A stretch of 64,000 bases of DNA from an uncultured Candidatus Saccharibacteria bacterium (GCA_964409615.1 CAYPDT010000003.1:24576-88575), one strand, 5' to 3'; shown: positions 19,875 through 29,946, counted from the first letter of the stretch. A program made the numbers and translations. Notes: generated by a model from the letters alone, not told the origin.

Positions 19875-20537
19875 TTACAGTTGCTTCGCCTCAATCACGA
19901 AGCGCTTTGCGGTACTGCCAAGAGGATAGCAGGTATACATTGTTAGTTTTTTCGGTACATTCGGGTCGTTGTCTCTAATATCTACTTCGCTTGGCAACAC
20001 CGTTTTAGAGTTGTAGACCTCGTATTCATAGGTTTTATCTTGCCATCGTATATATATTTTTTGGCCATTTTTTAGTTCTGGGAGGCTATAAAACCAACCA
20101 CCATTCGTTGCGGTGTATAAGAACCGGTGCCCGGCTATAACAATGTTGCCATTTTCTGAAGGGTCAATTGTGCCTGTCTCTCTCCATACACCCTGGTTCT
20201 TACCAATAACATAGATGTTTGACCCGTCTATAACTTGTGCATCAACACCAATGCTTGGCAGGATAAGCCTATTGCCCGGTTTAGCTACTTCTGGGCTGCT
20301 CGGTCGACCGTTTTTAGTAGCTTGTGCTGCTGCTTGGTAGGACGTAGCATCTATTCTAGGGCGCTGTATAAGGAAACGTAGTCGTGGTAAATACGGCAGG
20401 ACTAGTAAGACAAGACTAACGATAGCAATACAGCAAAGCCCAAAAAGAATCACCCTTGTTTTTAAAGTGCGTTTCGGGCTTTTGTTCCTGCTACGGACTA
20501 TTGAGCTTCGTTGGGGAATTGATAGTTTAGATTTCAT
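19875..20537 (-). CDS. Sortase (membrane-anchored transpeptidase)
   Basis: A TM anchor, IAGHR (His), TMYTCYP (Cys) and a distal Arg are present. I chose the start at ATG 20537 (MKSKLSIPQ...). The ORF extends to 20621. Confidence 0.85.
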   Translation of the reverse strand: MKSKLSIPQRSSIVRSRNKSPKRTLKTRVILFGLCCIAIVSLVLLVLPYLPRLRFLIQRPRIDATSYQAAAQATKNGRPSSPEVAKPGNRLILPSIGVDAQVIDGSNIYVIGKNQGVWRETGTIDPSENGNIVIAGHRFLYTATNGGWFYSLPELKNGQKIYIRWQDKTYEYEVYNSKTVLPSEVDIRDNDPNVPKKLTMYTCYPLGSTAKRFVIEAKQL

Positions 20538-20578
20538 GATTCTTATGGTTAGTATATCACTCATGCCACTTTGATTTG

Positions 20579-20587
20579 TGGTATAGT
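20579..20587 (+). promoter_or_regulatory. Extended -10 element (TGgTATAGT) 6 nt upstream of the heliorhodopsin ATG
   Basis: The sequence is read directly. No SD lies between it and ATG 20594, which implies a leaderless transcript. Confidence 0.5.
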
Positions 20588-20593
20588 GCTGGT

Positions 20594-21397
20594 ATGAAAT
20601 TACGCAAAAAAACAGCTCCAACTATCACTACACAATCATTACATTCATGGAATAAGCGCCTGGCAGTCCTCCATGCACTGCAAGGAATTCTAGTTCTTGT
20701 ACTGAGTAAAGCAAACACTTGGCCTGTATCGACATCATTTTTGACTCTTGATTCAGCCGCATCTAAAATAGCGGGCAAGCCAGTTTTAGCTACTGCATCA
20801 CACCCAGTGTTTAACGTAAACCTAGCCTATCTTGTAGCTATTTTTTTCTTCATGTCGGCAATTGCACATACCGTTATTAGTACTAAATACCGGAAGACAT
20901 ATGAGCAGAATCTAAAGAAGGGAATTAACAAGGCTCGATGGATTGAATATAGCTTGAGCGCAAGTGTCATGATGGTCGCAATCGGACTTTTGAGCGGTAT
21001 TTACGACCTGTCATCGTTATTGATGATTTTTGTCTTAGACTTACTTATGAATAGTATGGGCTTGGTGATGGAGCTAAAGAATCAGGGCGCTAAAAAAATT
21101 GATTGGCTACCGTACAAGCTTGGCTGTCTTGCAGGTATCGTGCCGTGGATTGTTTTCGCAGTTTATGTAACTGGGACTAATGTATACGGCTCTGGCGGTA
21201 TACCAACATTTGTATACTTTATCTATGGCAGTATGTTCCTACTATTTAATAGCTTCGCCCTTAATATGTACTTGCAATACACCAAGAAGGGTAAATGGGC
21301 AGACTATCTTTATGGTGAGCGCGTGTATATGATTCTGAGCTTAGTAGCCAAAAGTCTGTTGGCTTGGCAGGTATTCTTTGGAGCTTTGCGTCCGTAG
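20594..21397 (+). CDS. Heliorhodopsin (7-TM retinal protein)
   Basis: Long colinear identity blocks match the prototype heliorhodopsin as I remember it: NKRLAVLHALQ, SAIAHTVIS, NKARWIEYSLSASVMMV, GCLAGIVPWIVF, FNSFALNMYLQYTKKGKWADYLYGERVYMILSLVAKSLLAWQVFFGALRP. Confidence 0.85.
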   Translation: MKLRKKTAPTITTQSLHSWNKRLAVLHALQGILVLVLSKANTWPVSTSFLTLDSAASKIAGKPVLATASHPVFNVNLAYLVAIFFFMSAIAHTVISTKYRKTYEQNLKKGINKARWIEYSLSASVMMVAIGLLSGIYDLSSLLMIFVLDLLMNSMGLVMELKNQGAKKIDWLPYKLGCLAGIVPWIVFAVYVTGTNVYGSGGIPTFVYFIYGSMFLLFNSFALNMYLQYTKKGKWADYLYGERVYMILSLVAKSLLAWQVFFGALRP

Positions 21398-21455
21398 CTC
21401 GACCTCCTATGTTACTACTAGACTGTGGTTGTGACACAAGAGATTACTAATAGTT

Positions 21456-22712
21456 ATGAAAAAACCCAGAGAAGTTGAGCTCGTAATTACTAAAATGGTT
21501 CATGGTGGCCAAGGTATGGGCACCCTAGAAGATGGCCGGAAAGCCTTTGTATGGGGCGCACTCCCTAATGAGCGTGTGCGGGTGATCCTGACTCGACAAA
21601 AAAAAGACTATGTTGAAGGGGTTGCCAACGAAATCCTAGAGGCTTCACCCAATAGAATCAATCCAAAAGAGTCCATATTTTTGGCAACTTCACCGTGGCA
21701 AAATATGACACTACAGGCAGAACATCAGGCTATGAAAGAAATTGTTTCCGAGGTGTATGCACGCGAGAAAATATCGCTTCCAGACTACGATGTAGTCAGT
21801 GATGGTAATGAGTTCGGTTACCGTAATAAGATTGAATTTTCCTTTTATGGTGATGACGCAGGTTTGCACTATGCTTTCTATAATCGTGGTACGCACCGAA
21901 AACAAATTGTCGAGGATAGCGCTCTAGCTCTTACCAGTATAAATACGGCTGCAACAGCATTACTAGAAGAACTGAATAATAAAAGTGTTCGTGCTGGAGA
22001 CCTCAAATCGGTTATTTTGCGGACTACCCAAGAAGGAAAAGTGGTTGCCGCCTTGTTCGTCAAGCCAACAGAATTCACCACACTGGCCCTACCGCAATCT
22101 CTAGCTGGTTTGAAAATATACCACTCAAATCCTAAGAGTCCCGCATCTGTAAAAACGCAACTTTTACATGAGATAGGTAACACAACACTGCAAGATAATT
22201 TGCTTGGCAGCACTTTAGAGTACGATGTAACTGGTTTTTTTCAGGTGAATCTTCCTGTATTTATTTTGGCACTCAAACGTATAGCTGACTTTACTAAGGA
22301 TTTAGCCCATAAAATAGACATGTATGCTGGTGTTGGTAGTATCGGCATACCCATTGGTGGTACGGAAGTGCTTGTAGAACTCGATGAAGCTAATGTTGAT
22401 ATGGCTACAAATAACGCACGCGGTAAAGATATACGTGTAGTTCAATCAAGTTCGGAGCAGGCATTAGATTATATACAATCTGATTGTTGCTTGATTGTTG
22501 ATCCCCCAAGGAGCGGGTTACATAAGGATGTTATTGACCGGATACTGAGCCAGTTGCCAGCCAGAGTTTGCTACCTATCATGCAATCCTGCTACACAGGC
22601 TCGGGATGTTGCTATGCTTTCAAGCGCTTACTCAATAAGCTTTTTCGAATGTTATAATTTTTTCCCGCGTACTCCACATATCGAGACTCTGATACTATTA
22701 GAAAAGAAATGA
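21456..22712 (+). CDS. RNA (uracil-5-)-methyltransferase, RlmD/TrmA family with an N-terminal TRAM-like domain
   Basis: VTKMVHGGQGMG...VWGALPNERVRV (TRAM), FFQVN, DMYAGVGSIG and VDPPRSGL are present, with a Cys near the C-terminus. Confidence 0.8.
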   Translation: MKKPREVELVITKMVHGGQGMGTLEDGRKAFVWGALPNERVRVILTRQKKDYVEGVANEILEASPNRINPKESIFLATSPWQNMTLQAEHQAMKEIVSEVYAREKISLPDYDVVSDGNEFGYRNKIEFSFYGDDAGLHYAFYNRGTHRKQIVEDSALALTSINTAATALLEELNNKSVRAGDLKSVILRTTQEGKVVAALFVKPTEFTTLALPQSLAGLKIYHSNPKSPASVKTQLLHEIGNTTLQDNLLGSTLEYDVTGFFQVNLPVFILALKRIADFTKDLAHKIDMYAGVGSIGIPIGGTEVLVELDEANVDMATNNARGKDIRVVQSSSEQALDYIQSDCCLIVDPPRSGLHKDVIDRILSQLPARVCYLSCNPATQARDVAMLSSAYSISFFECYNFFPRTPHIETLILLEKK

Positions 22713-23389
22713 AAATTCATAGATTTTACACACCAGAAATTCGTCTAGAGCATGGTTTTTGGTTGAAAGACGAAAGATTACTTCATCAATGGACCAAAGT
22801 CCTTCGCTTTCGAATAGGTCAGCAGGTGGTGCTTTTTAATGGGCTAGACACAGACAGGCTGTATAGTATTACCGAAATTAATAGCAATGAAGCGCATCTA
22901 GAGCTAGTTACTGACTATAGTCGGAAAGTGCCTAAGAAAGATATCTATCTATTCTGGTCACTCTTAAAAAAAGATAAGAATGACTGGGTACTACAAAAAT
23001 GCACTGAACTAGGAGTGAGTCATTTTATTCCGTTGTTGTCGGATAGGTCAGAAAAAACCGGTTTTAATATCGAACGTGCTCAAAAAATAGTCATTGAAGC
23101 TTCTGAGCAGTGCGGCCGGAGTGATATCCCCACACTCAGAGAGCCAATGCATGTCGGTACGGCACTTGAGCAGTATGCCAAAAAAGTCACCATATATATT
23201 TGCGAACAAGACTCTAATGATAGCGGAGTGACTACTGATAAGGTTGGTGTGTTGATTGGACCTGAGGGTGGGTGGAGCGACGACGAAAAAGCCTTATTTC
23301 AACAACTAGGGCTTAAGCATTTGAGTCTGCACGATTTTACGTTACGCGCCGAGACGGCCAGCGTGGCTGCAATTACAAAACTGAACTAG
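22709..23389 (+). CDS. rsmE: 16S rRNA (uracil1498-N3)-methyltransferase
   Basis: MKIHRFY..., LIGPEGGWSDDE and the SPOUT tail LRAETASVAAI are present. The start overlaps the upstream stop by 4 nt. Confidence 0.85.
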   Translation: MKIHRFYTPEIRLEHGFWLKDERLLHQWTKVLRFRIGQQVVLFNGLDTDRLYSITEINSNEAHLELVTDYSRKVPKKDIYLFWSLLKKDKNDWVLQKCTELGVSHFIPLLSDRSEKTGFNIERAQKIVIEASEQCGRSDIPTLREPMHVGTALEQYAKKVTIYICEQDSNDSGVTTDKVGVLIGPEGGWSDDEKALFQQLGLKHLSLHDFTLRAETASVAAITKLN

Positions 23390-23429
23390 TAATATGCGCA
23401 GGTGCGGCCGGTAATGGTAGACTAGAGAG

Positions 23430-24221
23430 ATGAGTTATTGGAGGGAGCGCAGCCAACCTTACTCGCCAGGTCAGACGGCGCCATTTAAGGTCAGCCGTAG
23501 TAAGATTGAACTATTTGTGCAATGTCCTCGTTGTTTTTGGCTGGATGTTCGATACAAAATTACTCGGCCTAACAGCCCCCCGTTTAATATAAACAAAGCG
23601 ATTGATGAGCTATTTAAGAAAGAGTTTGATGTTCACCGCAAGGCTGGTACTCAGCACCCACTGCAGGTAAAATTTAAAATCTCCGCAAAGCCTTATGACC
23701 ATAAGGATATTGATACCTGGCGAGAGAATTTTGTAGGAGTGTTCACCGTCCATGAACCAACAAATTTACACGTTTTTGGAGCAGTTGACGATGTTTGGGT
23801 AAACGAACAAGGTGAATTGATTGTTGTTGATTATAAGGCTACTGCCAAAGACAAGGAAATAACTAGCTTAGGGCCTGTTGGTAGTTGGCAAGATAGTTAT
23901 CGCAGACAGATGGAAACATACCAGTGGCTTCTGCGTGCAAATGGGCATAAAGTCAGTGATACGGGCTATTTTGTATATGCTAATGGTGACGCTAGTAAAG
24001 ATGCATTTAATGATGTGGTTGAGTTTCGCACTAACGTTTTTCCGCATCACGGAAGCGATGCTTGGGTGGAAGACACTCTGGCAAGTATGAAGGCTTGCAT
24101 GGAGGGAGATATGCCGGCAGTTGGTCAGGCTGCAATGGGCGGGCCGTGTGATTTCTGTATGTATGCGCGTCAGCGAACTGAACTGACGCTCGAATATATG
24201 CAGTCAGCAAAGAAAAGGTAA
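23430..24221 (+). CDS. PD-(D/E)XK nuclease-superfamily protein (Cas4/RecB-like core with two CxxC pairs)
   Basis: CPRCFW is at the N-terminus, followed by GAVDDVWV...LIVVDYKAT (D...D-x-K) and CDFCMY near the C-terminus. Confidence 0.7.
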   Translation: MSYWRERSQPYSPGQTAPFKVSRSKIELFVQCPRCFWLDVRYKITRPNSPPFNINKAIDELFKKEFDVHRKAGTQHPLQVKFKISAKPYDHKDIDTWRENFVGVFTVHEPTNLHVFGAVDDVWVNEQGELIVVDYKATAKDKEITSLGPVGSWQDSYRRQMETYQWLLRANGHKVSDTGYFVYANGDASKDAFNDVVEFRTNVFPHHGSDAWVEDTLASMKACMEGDMPAVGQAAMGGPCDFCMYARQRTELTLEYMQSAKKR

Positions 24222-24243
24222 CACGTACTATAAGCGACTCAGG

Positions 24244-24249
24244 TATAAT
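24244..24249 (+). promoter_or_regulatory. Consensus -10 (TATAAT) 6 nt upstream of the serS ATG
   Basis: The sequence reads caggTATAATggttgtATG, with no SD. Confidence 0.5.
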
Positions 24250-24255
24250 GGTTGT

Positions 24256-25551
24256 ATGTTAGATATCCAGTTTGTCAGAGAAAATCCAGAACTAGTCCAA
24301 GAAAAATCCAAACAAAAAGGTTATGCCGTTGATGTGGCCGCGTTGCTTAAACTCGACGAAGAACGCCGCAATCTGCTGGTTGAACTCGAGGAAGCTCGTG
24401 CAAAACGAAATGAACATTCAAATAGCCTAAAGCAAGGACGACCAACAGAAGAACAAATCGAGAAGGGCAAGCAGCTTAAAGAAACAGTTACGCTTCTTGA
24501 GCAAAAACTCACTCCGCTTGATGATGATGTTATTAGGATTTTAAAATCAATTCCGAATATGCCGCTAGACAGTGTTCCTATTGGTGCGTCTGAAGAAGAG
24601 AATGTGATTAGTAGGACGGTAGGGGAACCAACTACATTCAGTTTTAAGCCCAAGAATCATGCCGAAATAGCTGAAGCAAAGGGTTGGCTTGATAAAGAGC
24701 GTGCAGCTAAAGTGGCGGGATCACGCTTTGCGTATCTAAAAGGCGACCTCGTAATGCTTGATTGGGCTATGAATATGTTTGCCTTATCAAAACTGACCGA
24801 CAAGACTTGGATTGCTCAGTTGATTACCGATAATAAACTTGAGTTAGCAGATACTGCATTCGTGCCGGTTCAGCCGCCAGCAGTTGCCAAGACAGATGTT
24901 TACGAGGCGACTGGTCGCCTAAACAAAGAGGAGCAAACCTACAAACTTGCCGACGATGACCTTTGGCTGAACGCTAGTGCAGAGCATGTTCTGGCACCTA
25001 TGTATCTCAACGAAATACTGCCAGAGTCTCAGTTACCAATCCGCTATGTTGGCTACACAACTGCATTCCGTCGCGAAGCAGGTACTTACGGCAAAGACAT
25101 GGAAGGCATCTTGCGTCTTCATCAGTTCAACAAACTCGAGATGGAGTGTTTCTCGACGCCAGAAACATCTCTCCAGGAGCACTATTTGATGGTCGCAATT
25201 CAGGAAGAACTCATGAAGCTACTAGGCTTGCCATATCGAGTAGTCGCTAAGTGTACTGCAGATATTGGTGGACCAAACGCCAGCGGAGTAGATATTGACG
25301 TTTGGTTACCGGGTCAGGATAAGTATCGAGAAACCCATACTGCCGACCTGATAACAGATTATCAAACCCGTCGTATGCAAACTCGAATCAGGCGCAGTGA
25401 TGGTACGTTAGCGTTGGCCCATACTAATGATGCGACAGCATTATCACAGAGACCATTGATTGCTATTATCGAAAATTATCAGACAGAGAACGGTGATGTA
25501 ATAATCCCAGAGGTCTTACGACCATTTATGGGTGGAAGGACACAAATATGA
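24256..25551 (+). CDS. serS: Seryl-tRNA synthetase
   Basis: MLDIQFVRENPE..., an N-terminal coiled coil, FRREAGTYGKD and TLALSQRPLIAIIENYQ are present. Confidence 0.95.
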   Translation: MLDIQFVRENPELVQEKSKQKGYAVDVAALLKLDEERRNLLVELEEARAKRNEHSNSLKQGRPTEEQIEKGKQLKETVTLLEQKLTPLDDDVIRILKSIPNMPLDSVPIGASEEENVISRTVGEPTTFSFKPKNHAEIAEAKGWLDKERAAKVAGSRFAYLKGDLVMLDWAMNMFALSKLTDKTWIAQLITDNKLELADTAFVPVQPPAVAKTDVYEATGRLNKEEQTYKLADDDLWLNASAEHVLAPMYLNEILPESQLPIRYVGYTTAFRREAGTYGKDMEGILRLHQFNKLEMECFSTPETSLQEHYLMVAIQEELMKLLGLPYRVVAKCTADIGGPNASGVDIDVWLPGQDKYRETHTADLITDYQTRRMQTRIRRSDGTLALAHTNDATALSQRPLIAIIENYQTENGDVIIPEVLRPFMGGRTQI

Positions 25552-25919
25552 TTCAAAAAATTGAAATCAATGGCATACATACCGAAGTCACTGAAGATTT
25601 GCATAAATATATATCAAAAAAAATTGGTAAACTCGACCAGTATATGTCTCCACATGCGCGACAGTCTGCACATGCCGAAGTTAAACTTAAAGAACAAAAG
25701 AGCAAACAACGAGTTAGTTGTACTTGTGAGGTGATAATGCACCTCCCCAAGGAAACGATTGCAACAAAAGAGACGACCGTTAATATGTTTGCAGCCGTTG
25801 ATGTAGTTGAGGAAAAATTAAAAAATCAGCTTACAAAGTATAAGCAAAAACATGGTTCAGGGCGCTTGCACCACCGTATTTTGGCTCGCGTAAAGCGGGC
25901 AGTAACTAACGCCAATTAG
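25548..25919 (+). CDS. hpf: Ribosome hibernation promoting factor / RaiA family (short form)
   Basis: IEINGIHTEVTEDLHKYISKKIGKLDQY... and DMFAAVDVVEEKLKNQL-type motifs are present. The gene sits directly upstream of secA, as in Bacillus. Confidence 0.85.
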   Translation: MIQKIEINGIHTEVTEDLHKYISKKIGKLDQYMSPHARQSAHAEVKLKEQKSKQRVSCTCEVIMHLPKETIATKETTVNMFAAVDVVEEKLKNQLTKYKQKHGSGRLHHRILARVKRAVTNAN

Positions 25920-26031
25920 GGTTGTTAGATTAACGTAAAAATTACTTCTGATACCCGACAGAAGTGCGTTACAATATAAGCTGCGAATCAACAAATTTAT
26001 TGACTGCATGGATGTGGAGGATTGGTAGCGA

Positions 26032-28635
26032 ATGAATAAGGTCTTAAAGAAAGTATTGGGCGACCCACAGGCTAAGACGGTAAAGCGTCTGCAAAAGCGT
26101 GTTAAAGATATTAACGCTCTGTCCGATAAGTATAAGAAGTTATCAGATAAAGCATTGCGTGAGCAAACCGATGTCTTAAAGAAACGATTAGAAAAAGAAT
26201 CTCTTGATAAAATACTTCCCGATGCATTTGCTGTTATCAGAGAGGCCGCCTCGCGCGCGATTGGCCAGCGGCACTTCGACGTACAGCTTATAAGTGGTAT
26301 GGCAATTCACGAAGGTAGTGTCGCTGAAATGAAAACCGGTGAGGGTAAGACACTGATGTCTACGGCACCGGTCTATCTAAATGCGCTTACTGGTAAGGGT
26401 GTGCATGTAGTAACTGTTAACGACTACCTGGCGCAGCGTGATGCTGGATGGATGGGCCAGATTTTTGACTTTCTTGGTATGAGTACTGGCGCAATCATTG
26501 CCGATGAATCCTATATTTTCGATGCCAGCTTCATCAATAAAAACCACTCGGACAAGCGTATGCAACACCTTAAGCCATGCACTCGGCAAGAAGCCTATGC
26601 TGCCGATGTGACCTATGGAACTAACAATGAGTTTGGTTTTGACTATTTACGCGACAACATGGTTCGAGAACTTGATCAGTTGCGACAAAGAGAACTTCAT
26701 TTTGCTATCGTTGACGAATGTGACTCAATTTTGATTGACGAAGCCAGAACACCACTTATTATTTCCGCTCCAGCAGCGACAAGTGGAAACGCCTATGCTC
26801 AATTCGCAAAAGTTGCTCGCCAGCTTAAGGCGGACAAGCATTTTGAAATTGACGAGAAGCGTAAAGCAGTTATTTTGACTGACGATGGCGTGGAGCATGT
26901 CGAGAAACTCCTCGGCATCGACCATCTATATGGTAGTGATAACATCCGAACTATCTACCATCTCGACCAAGCACTTAAGGCGCAGGCATTGTTTAAAAAA
27001 GACAAAGATTACGTTATTACCAGCGATGGAGAGGTGGTGATTGTCGACGAATTTACTGGGCGCCTACTAAAAGGGCGACGCTATAACGAAGGTCTTCATC
27101 AGGCAATAGAGGCCAAAGAAGGCGTCGAGGTGCAAGAAGAGTCTATGACATTGGCAACCATTACATTCCAGAATTACTTCCGTCTATACGACAAACTTTC
27201 TGGCATGACTGGAACCGCCGAAACGGAAAGTGAAGAGTTCCATCAGATTTATAAACTCGATGTACTGCAGATTCCATCCAATCGTCCTCTAATACGCGTC
27301 GACCGTCCAGATCGTATTTATAAGACAGAAAAAGGTAAGTTCCAGGCCATTGCCAAAGAGATAAAAGTGCTCCACCAAAAAGGTCAGCCAGTGTTGATTG
27401 GTACAGTTTCAATCGAGAAGAACGAAGAGTTGGGTCGTCTATTGTCTAAGGCGGGGGTACCGCATCAGGTACTTAATGCCAAGAATAACGAAAAAGAGGC
27501 CGACACAGTCGCAAAAGCAGGACAGAAGGGTGCTGTTACGCTTGCCACTAACATTGCTGGTCGTGGTACCGACATTGTTTTAGACGAAGAGGTAAAGAAG
27601 CTCGGTGGACTATTTGTACTCGGTTCAGAGCGGCACGAATCACGACGTATCGATAATCAGCTGCGCGGACGTTCTGGTCGGCAGGGTGACCCTGGTGTGA
27701 CCCAGTTCTTTGTAAGTACCGAAGACGATTTAATGCGTATCTTTGGCGGTGAGCGCATCGCAAGCGTCATGGAACGTTTGAATGTTGACGATGAAACTCC
27801 TATCGAGAATCGAATCATTAGCAAAAGTCTAGAAGGAGCACAGAAGAAAGTAGAAGGTCATAACTTTGATCAACGCAAGAATGTGGTTCAGTACGACGAT
27901 GTGATGAACCGACATCGTAAGGCGACCTACGCCATGCGGCGTGAGATTCTCCACCAGACCGATATTAGTAAGCGTATAAAGCTATATATCGAAGAAGAGG
28001 TTAAAGCGCTGGCAAATTCCGAACTCGCCACGACCGATAAATATGAGGCACTCCTCAAAGAAGTATTTCCGTTTAGTGAAACTACTCTGGATGAGTTGTT
28101 CGATACTCCTGCCGAAAACTTTGAGCAGGCCCTGCTTGAGCAGGCTAAGAAGTTGTACGAAGAGCGTACCGAAACATTTGGCGTCGAGGCTATGCGTAAA
28201 ATTGAAAGAGACATATACCTGCAAATTCTTGATAATCTTTGGATGCAACATCTCGAGAATATGGACCATTTGCGAGAAGGTATCCACTGGATTAGCGTTG
28301 GGCAACGAGACCCGCTTGTAGAATACCGACGACAAGGCCAACACATGTTCGAAGAAATGCAAGATGAACTTCGCCACGATGTTATGCGCGCTGTTTTCAA
28401 TGCTGAACCGAGTGATGTGACCGAACAGCCCACAGAGACCGAGTTGACACGAGCTGCCCGAAAGTCAGTTGATAACGCAGATAAAATCATCGAAGCAGAT
28501 GAATTTACCGAAGACGATTTTGTAAGTACGGCCAGCGCCCCTAAGGGTGGATCTAAAAAACTCGTTAGCGCAAATAAGCGCAAAAAAGCGCATAAAGTGG
28601 AGCGAAAGCGACGCAAACAGGGCAAGAAGCGTTAA
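26032..28635 (+). CDS. secA: Preprotein translocase ATPase SecA
   Basis: MKTGEGKTL, TVNDYLAQRD, AIVDECDSILIDEARTPLIIS and TNIAGRGTDI are present. The K/R-rich tail has no zinc finger. Confidence 0.97.
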   Translation: MNKVLKKVLGDPQAKTVKRLQKRVKDINALSDKYKKLSDKALREQTDVLKKRLEKESLDKILPDAFAVIREAASRAIGQRHFDVQLISGMAIHEGSVAEMKTGEGKTLMSTAPVYLNALTGKGVHVVTVNDYLAQRDAGWMGQIFDFLGMSTGAIIADESYIFDASFINKNHSDKRMQHLKPCTRQEAYAADVTYGTNNEFGFDYLRDNMVRELDQLRQRELHFAIVDECDSILIDEARTPLIISAPAATSGNAYAQFAKVARQLKADKHFEIDEKRKAVILTDDGVEHVEKLLGIDHLYGSDNIRTIYHLDQALKAQALFKKDKDYVITSDGEVVIVDEFTGRLLKGRRYNEGLHQAIEAKEGVEVQEESMTLATITFQNYFRLYDKLSGMTGTAETESEEFHQIYKLDVLQIPSNRPLIRVDRPDRIYKTEKGKFQAIAKEIKVLHQKGQPVLIGTVSIEKNEELGRLLSKAGVPHQVLNAKNNEKEADTVAKAGQKGAVTLATNIAGRGTDIVLDEEVKKLGGLFVLGSERHESRRIDNQLRGRSGRQGDPGVTQFFVSTEDDLMRIFGGERIASVMERLNVDDETPIENRIISKSLEGAQKKVEGHNFDQRKNVVQYDDVMNRHRKATYAMRREILHQTDISKRIKLYIEEEVKALANSELATTDKYEALLKEVFPFSETTLDELFDTPAENFEQALLEQAKKLYEERTETFGVEAMRKIERDIYLQILDNLWMQHLENMDHLREGIHWISVGQRDPLVEYRRQGQHMFEEMQDELRHDVMRAVFNAEPSDVTEQPTETELTRAARKSVDNADKIIEADEFTEDDFVSTASAPKGGSKKLVSANKRKKAHKVERKRRKQGKKR

Positions 28636-28653
28636 ACCGCGGCGGCTGCGAGT

Positions 28654-29946
28654 ATGAAGCATACGGTACACCAGGTTAAATTAGCTAATGGAACAGAAGG
28701 ACTACTTATTCATGTTCCTGACGCAAGTGTCATGACATTTGAGCTCAATTTCCGAGCAGGGGAATACCTGGTTGAAAAAACCAAGTGGGAGACTGCGCAT
28801 ATAATGGAGCACATGCTCCTTGGTGCTAACCAAATGATTCCAAAAGCGCGTGCCTTTCAGGCTGAGTTTGAAAAAAATGGAGCATACTCCAACGCCTCAA
28901 CAGGTAGTTACGATATTATTTACGAAGCTGAATGTGCAGATTTTGAGTGGGATAGGGTGTTTGGGCTTTTGCTGACTGCTGTGACCAAACCGTTATTCTT
29001 GGCAGAAGAATTCGAAGCTGAATTTGGGAATGTACGTGAAGAACTTACGGCCCGATCGAATAACCACTTTAGACATCTCAGCCTAGCCTTGCGCAAGAAG
29101 TATGGCTTCCATGTGCTCACCGATCAAGACCGTTTACAGATTATGGATAACGTCACCATCCAGGATATAACCAAACACTATCAAACGACTCATACCAGTA
29201 GTAATCTGCGCTTTGTGATTGCCGGTAACTTGTTGGCCTCACGACGCAAAACAATTGAGCAGCTACTCGAAAATATAGAGTTGCCACGCGGGAATGGCCG
29301 GACTGATTTACCTGATGAGTTACCAAAAAAGTTACGAGAACCATTATTCATTCACAACGACACCGTGGAGAATCTCTACTTTTACCTTGATACCTTTGCA
29401 GGACATCGACTGACCGATAGAGAGTCGGATAACCTAAGTCTCATTAACACCATGTTGACGGAGACTCTGTATTCAAAAATTTTGGGTGCCGCCCGCGAGC
29501 GCGGTCTGGTGTATAGCATGAGTTCAGGCATAGGTCAGTCAAAAAATAGTGCAAACTGGTGGTTTGGTGCCCAGGTTATGCCCAAGAACGCGCCGGCACT
29601 ATTCGACATTATGGTTCATGAGTTATCAGAAGTTTTCGCTGGTAATCTTTCGGATGAGGATATCGAATCAGCAAAACAGTATGCTCTTGGTCGTTACCAG
29701 CGGAGTGGGCAGACGGTTGGCGGAACCGCCAACGGCTATAGTTTTAGATATTTCTTTGATGATCAAATAGATGATTACTACAAGATACCCGAGCGTATTG
29801 ATGCCATTACAAAAAAAGGTATTGTCGCCGTTAGTTCAGCAATGTTTTCGGATAATATTTGGGGTGTTGGCGCACTCGGTAATGCCACTCCAGCCTTTGT
29901 TAAAGAACTGCAGTCACAGGCAACCGGACTCTGGAATAATAAATAG
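28654..29946 (+). CDS. M16-family (pitrilysin/insulinase-like) zinc peptidase
   Basis: HIMEHMLLG carries the inverted zinc motif HxxEH. The protein is 430 aa with a two-lobed M16 layout. Confidence 0.8.
   Translation: MKHTVHQVKLANGTEGLLIHVPDASVMTFELNFRAGEYLVEKTKWETAHIMEHMLLGANQMIPKARAFQAEFEKNGAYSNASTGSYDIIYEAECADFEWDRVFGLLLTAVTKPLFLAEEFEAEFGNVREELTARSNNHFRHLSLALRKKYGFHVLTDQDRLQIMDNVTIQDITKHYQTTHTSSNLRFVIAGNLLASRRKTIEQLLENIELPRGNGRTDLPDELPKKLREPLFIHNDTVENLYFYLDTFAGHRLTDRESDNLSLINTMLTETLYSKILGAARERGLVYSMSSGIGQSKNSANWWFGAQVMPKNAPALFDIMVHELSEVFAGNLSDEDIESAKQYALGRYQRSGQTVGGTANGYSFRYFFDDQIDDYYKIPERIDAITKKGIVAVSSAMFSDNIWGVGALGNATPAFVKELQSQATGLWNNK

Noticed and set aside
27927-28625. A 232-aa minus-strand ORF, plus further antisense ORFs at 27982-28377 and 28465-28671, inside secA.
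   Set aside because: They are fully nested antisense to an unambiguous SecA reading frame. The product is Ser/Arg/Leu-rich and of low complexity with no motif. This is typical shadow ORF behaviour.
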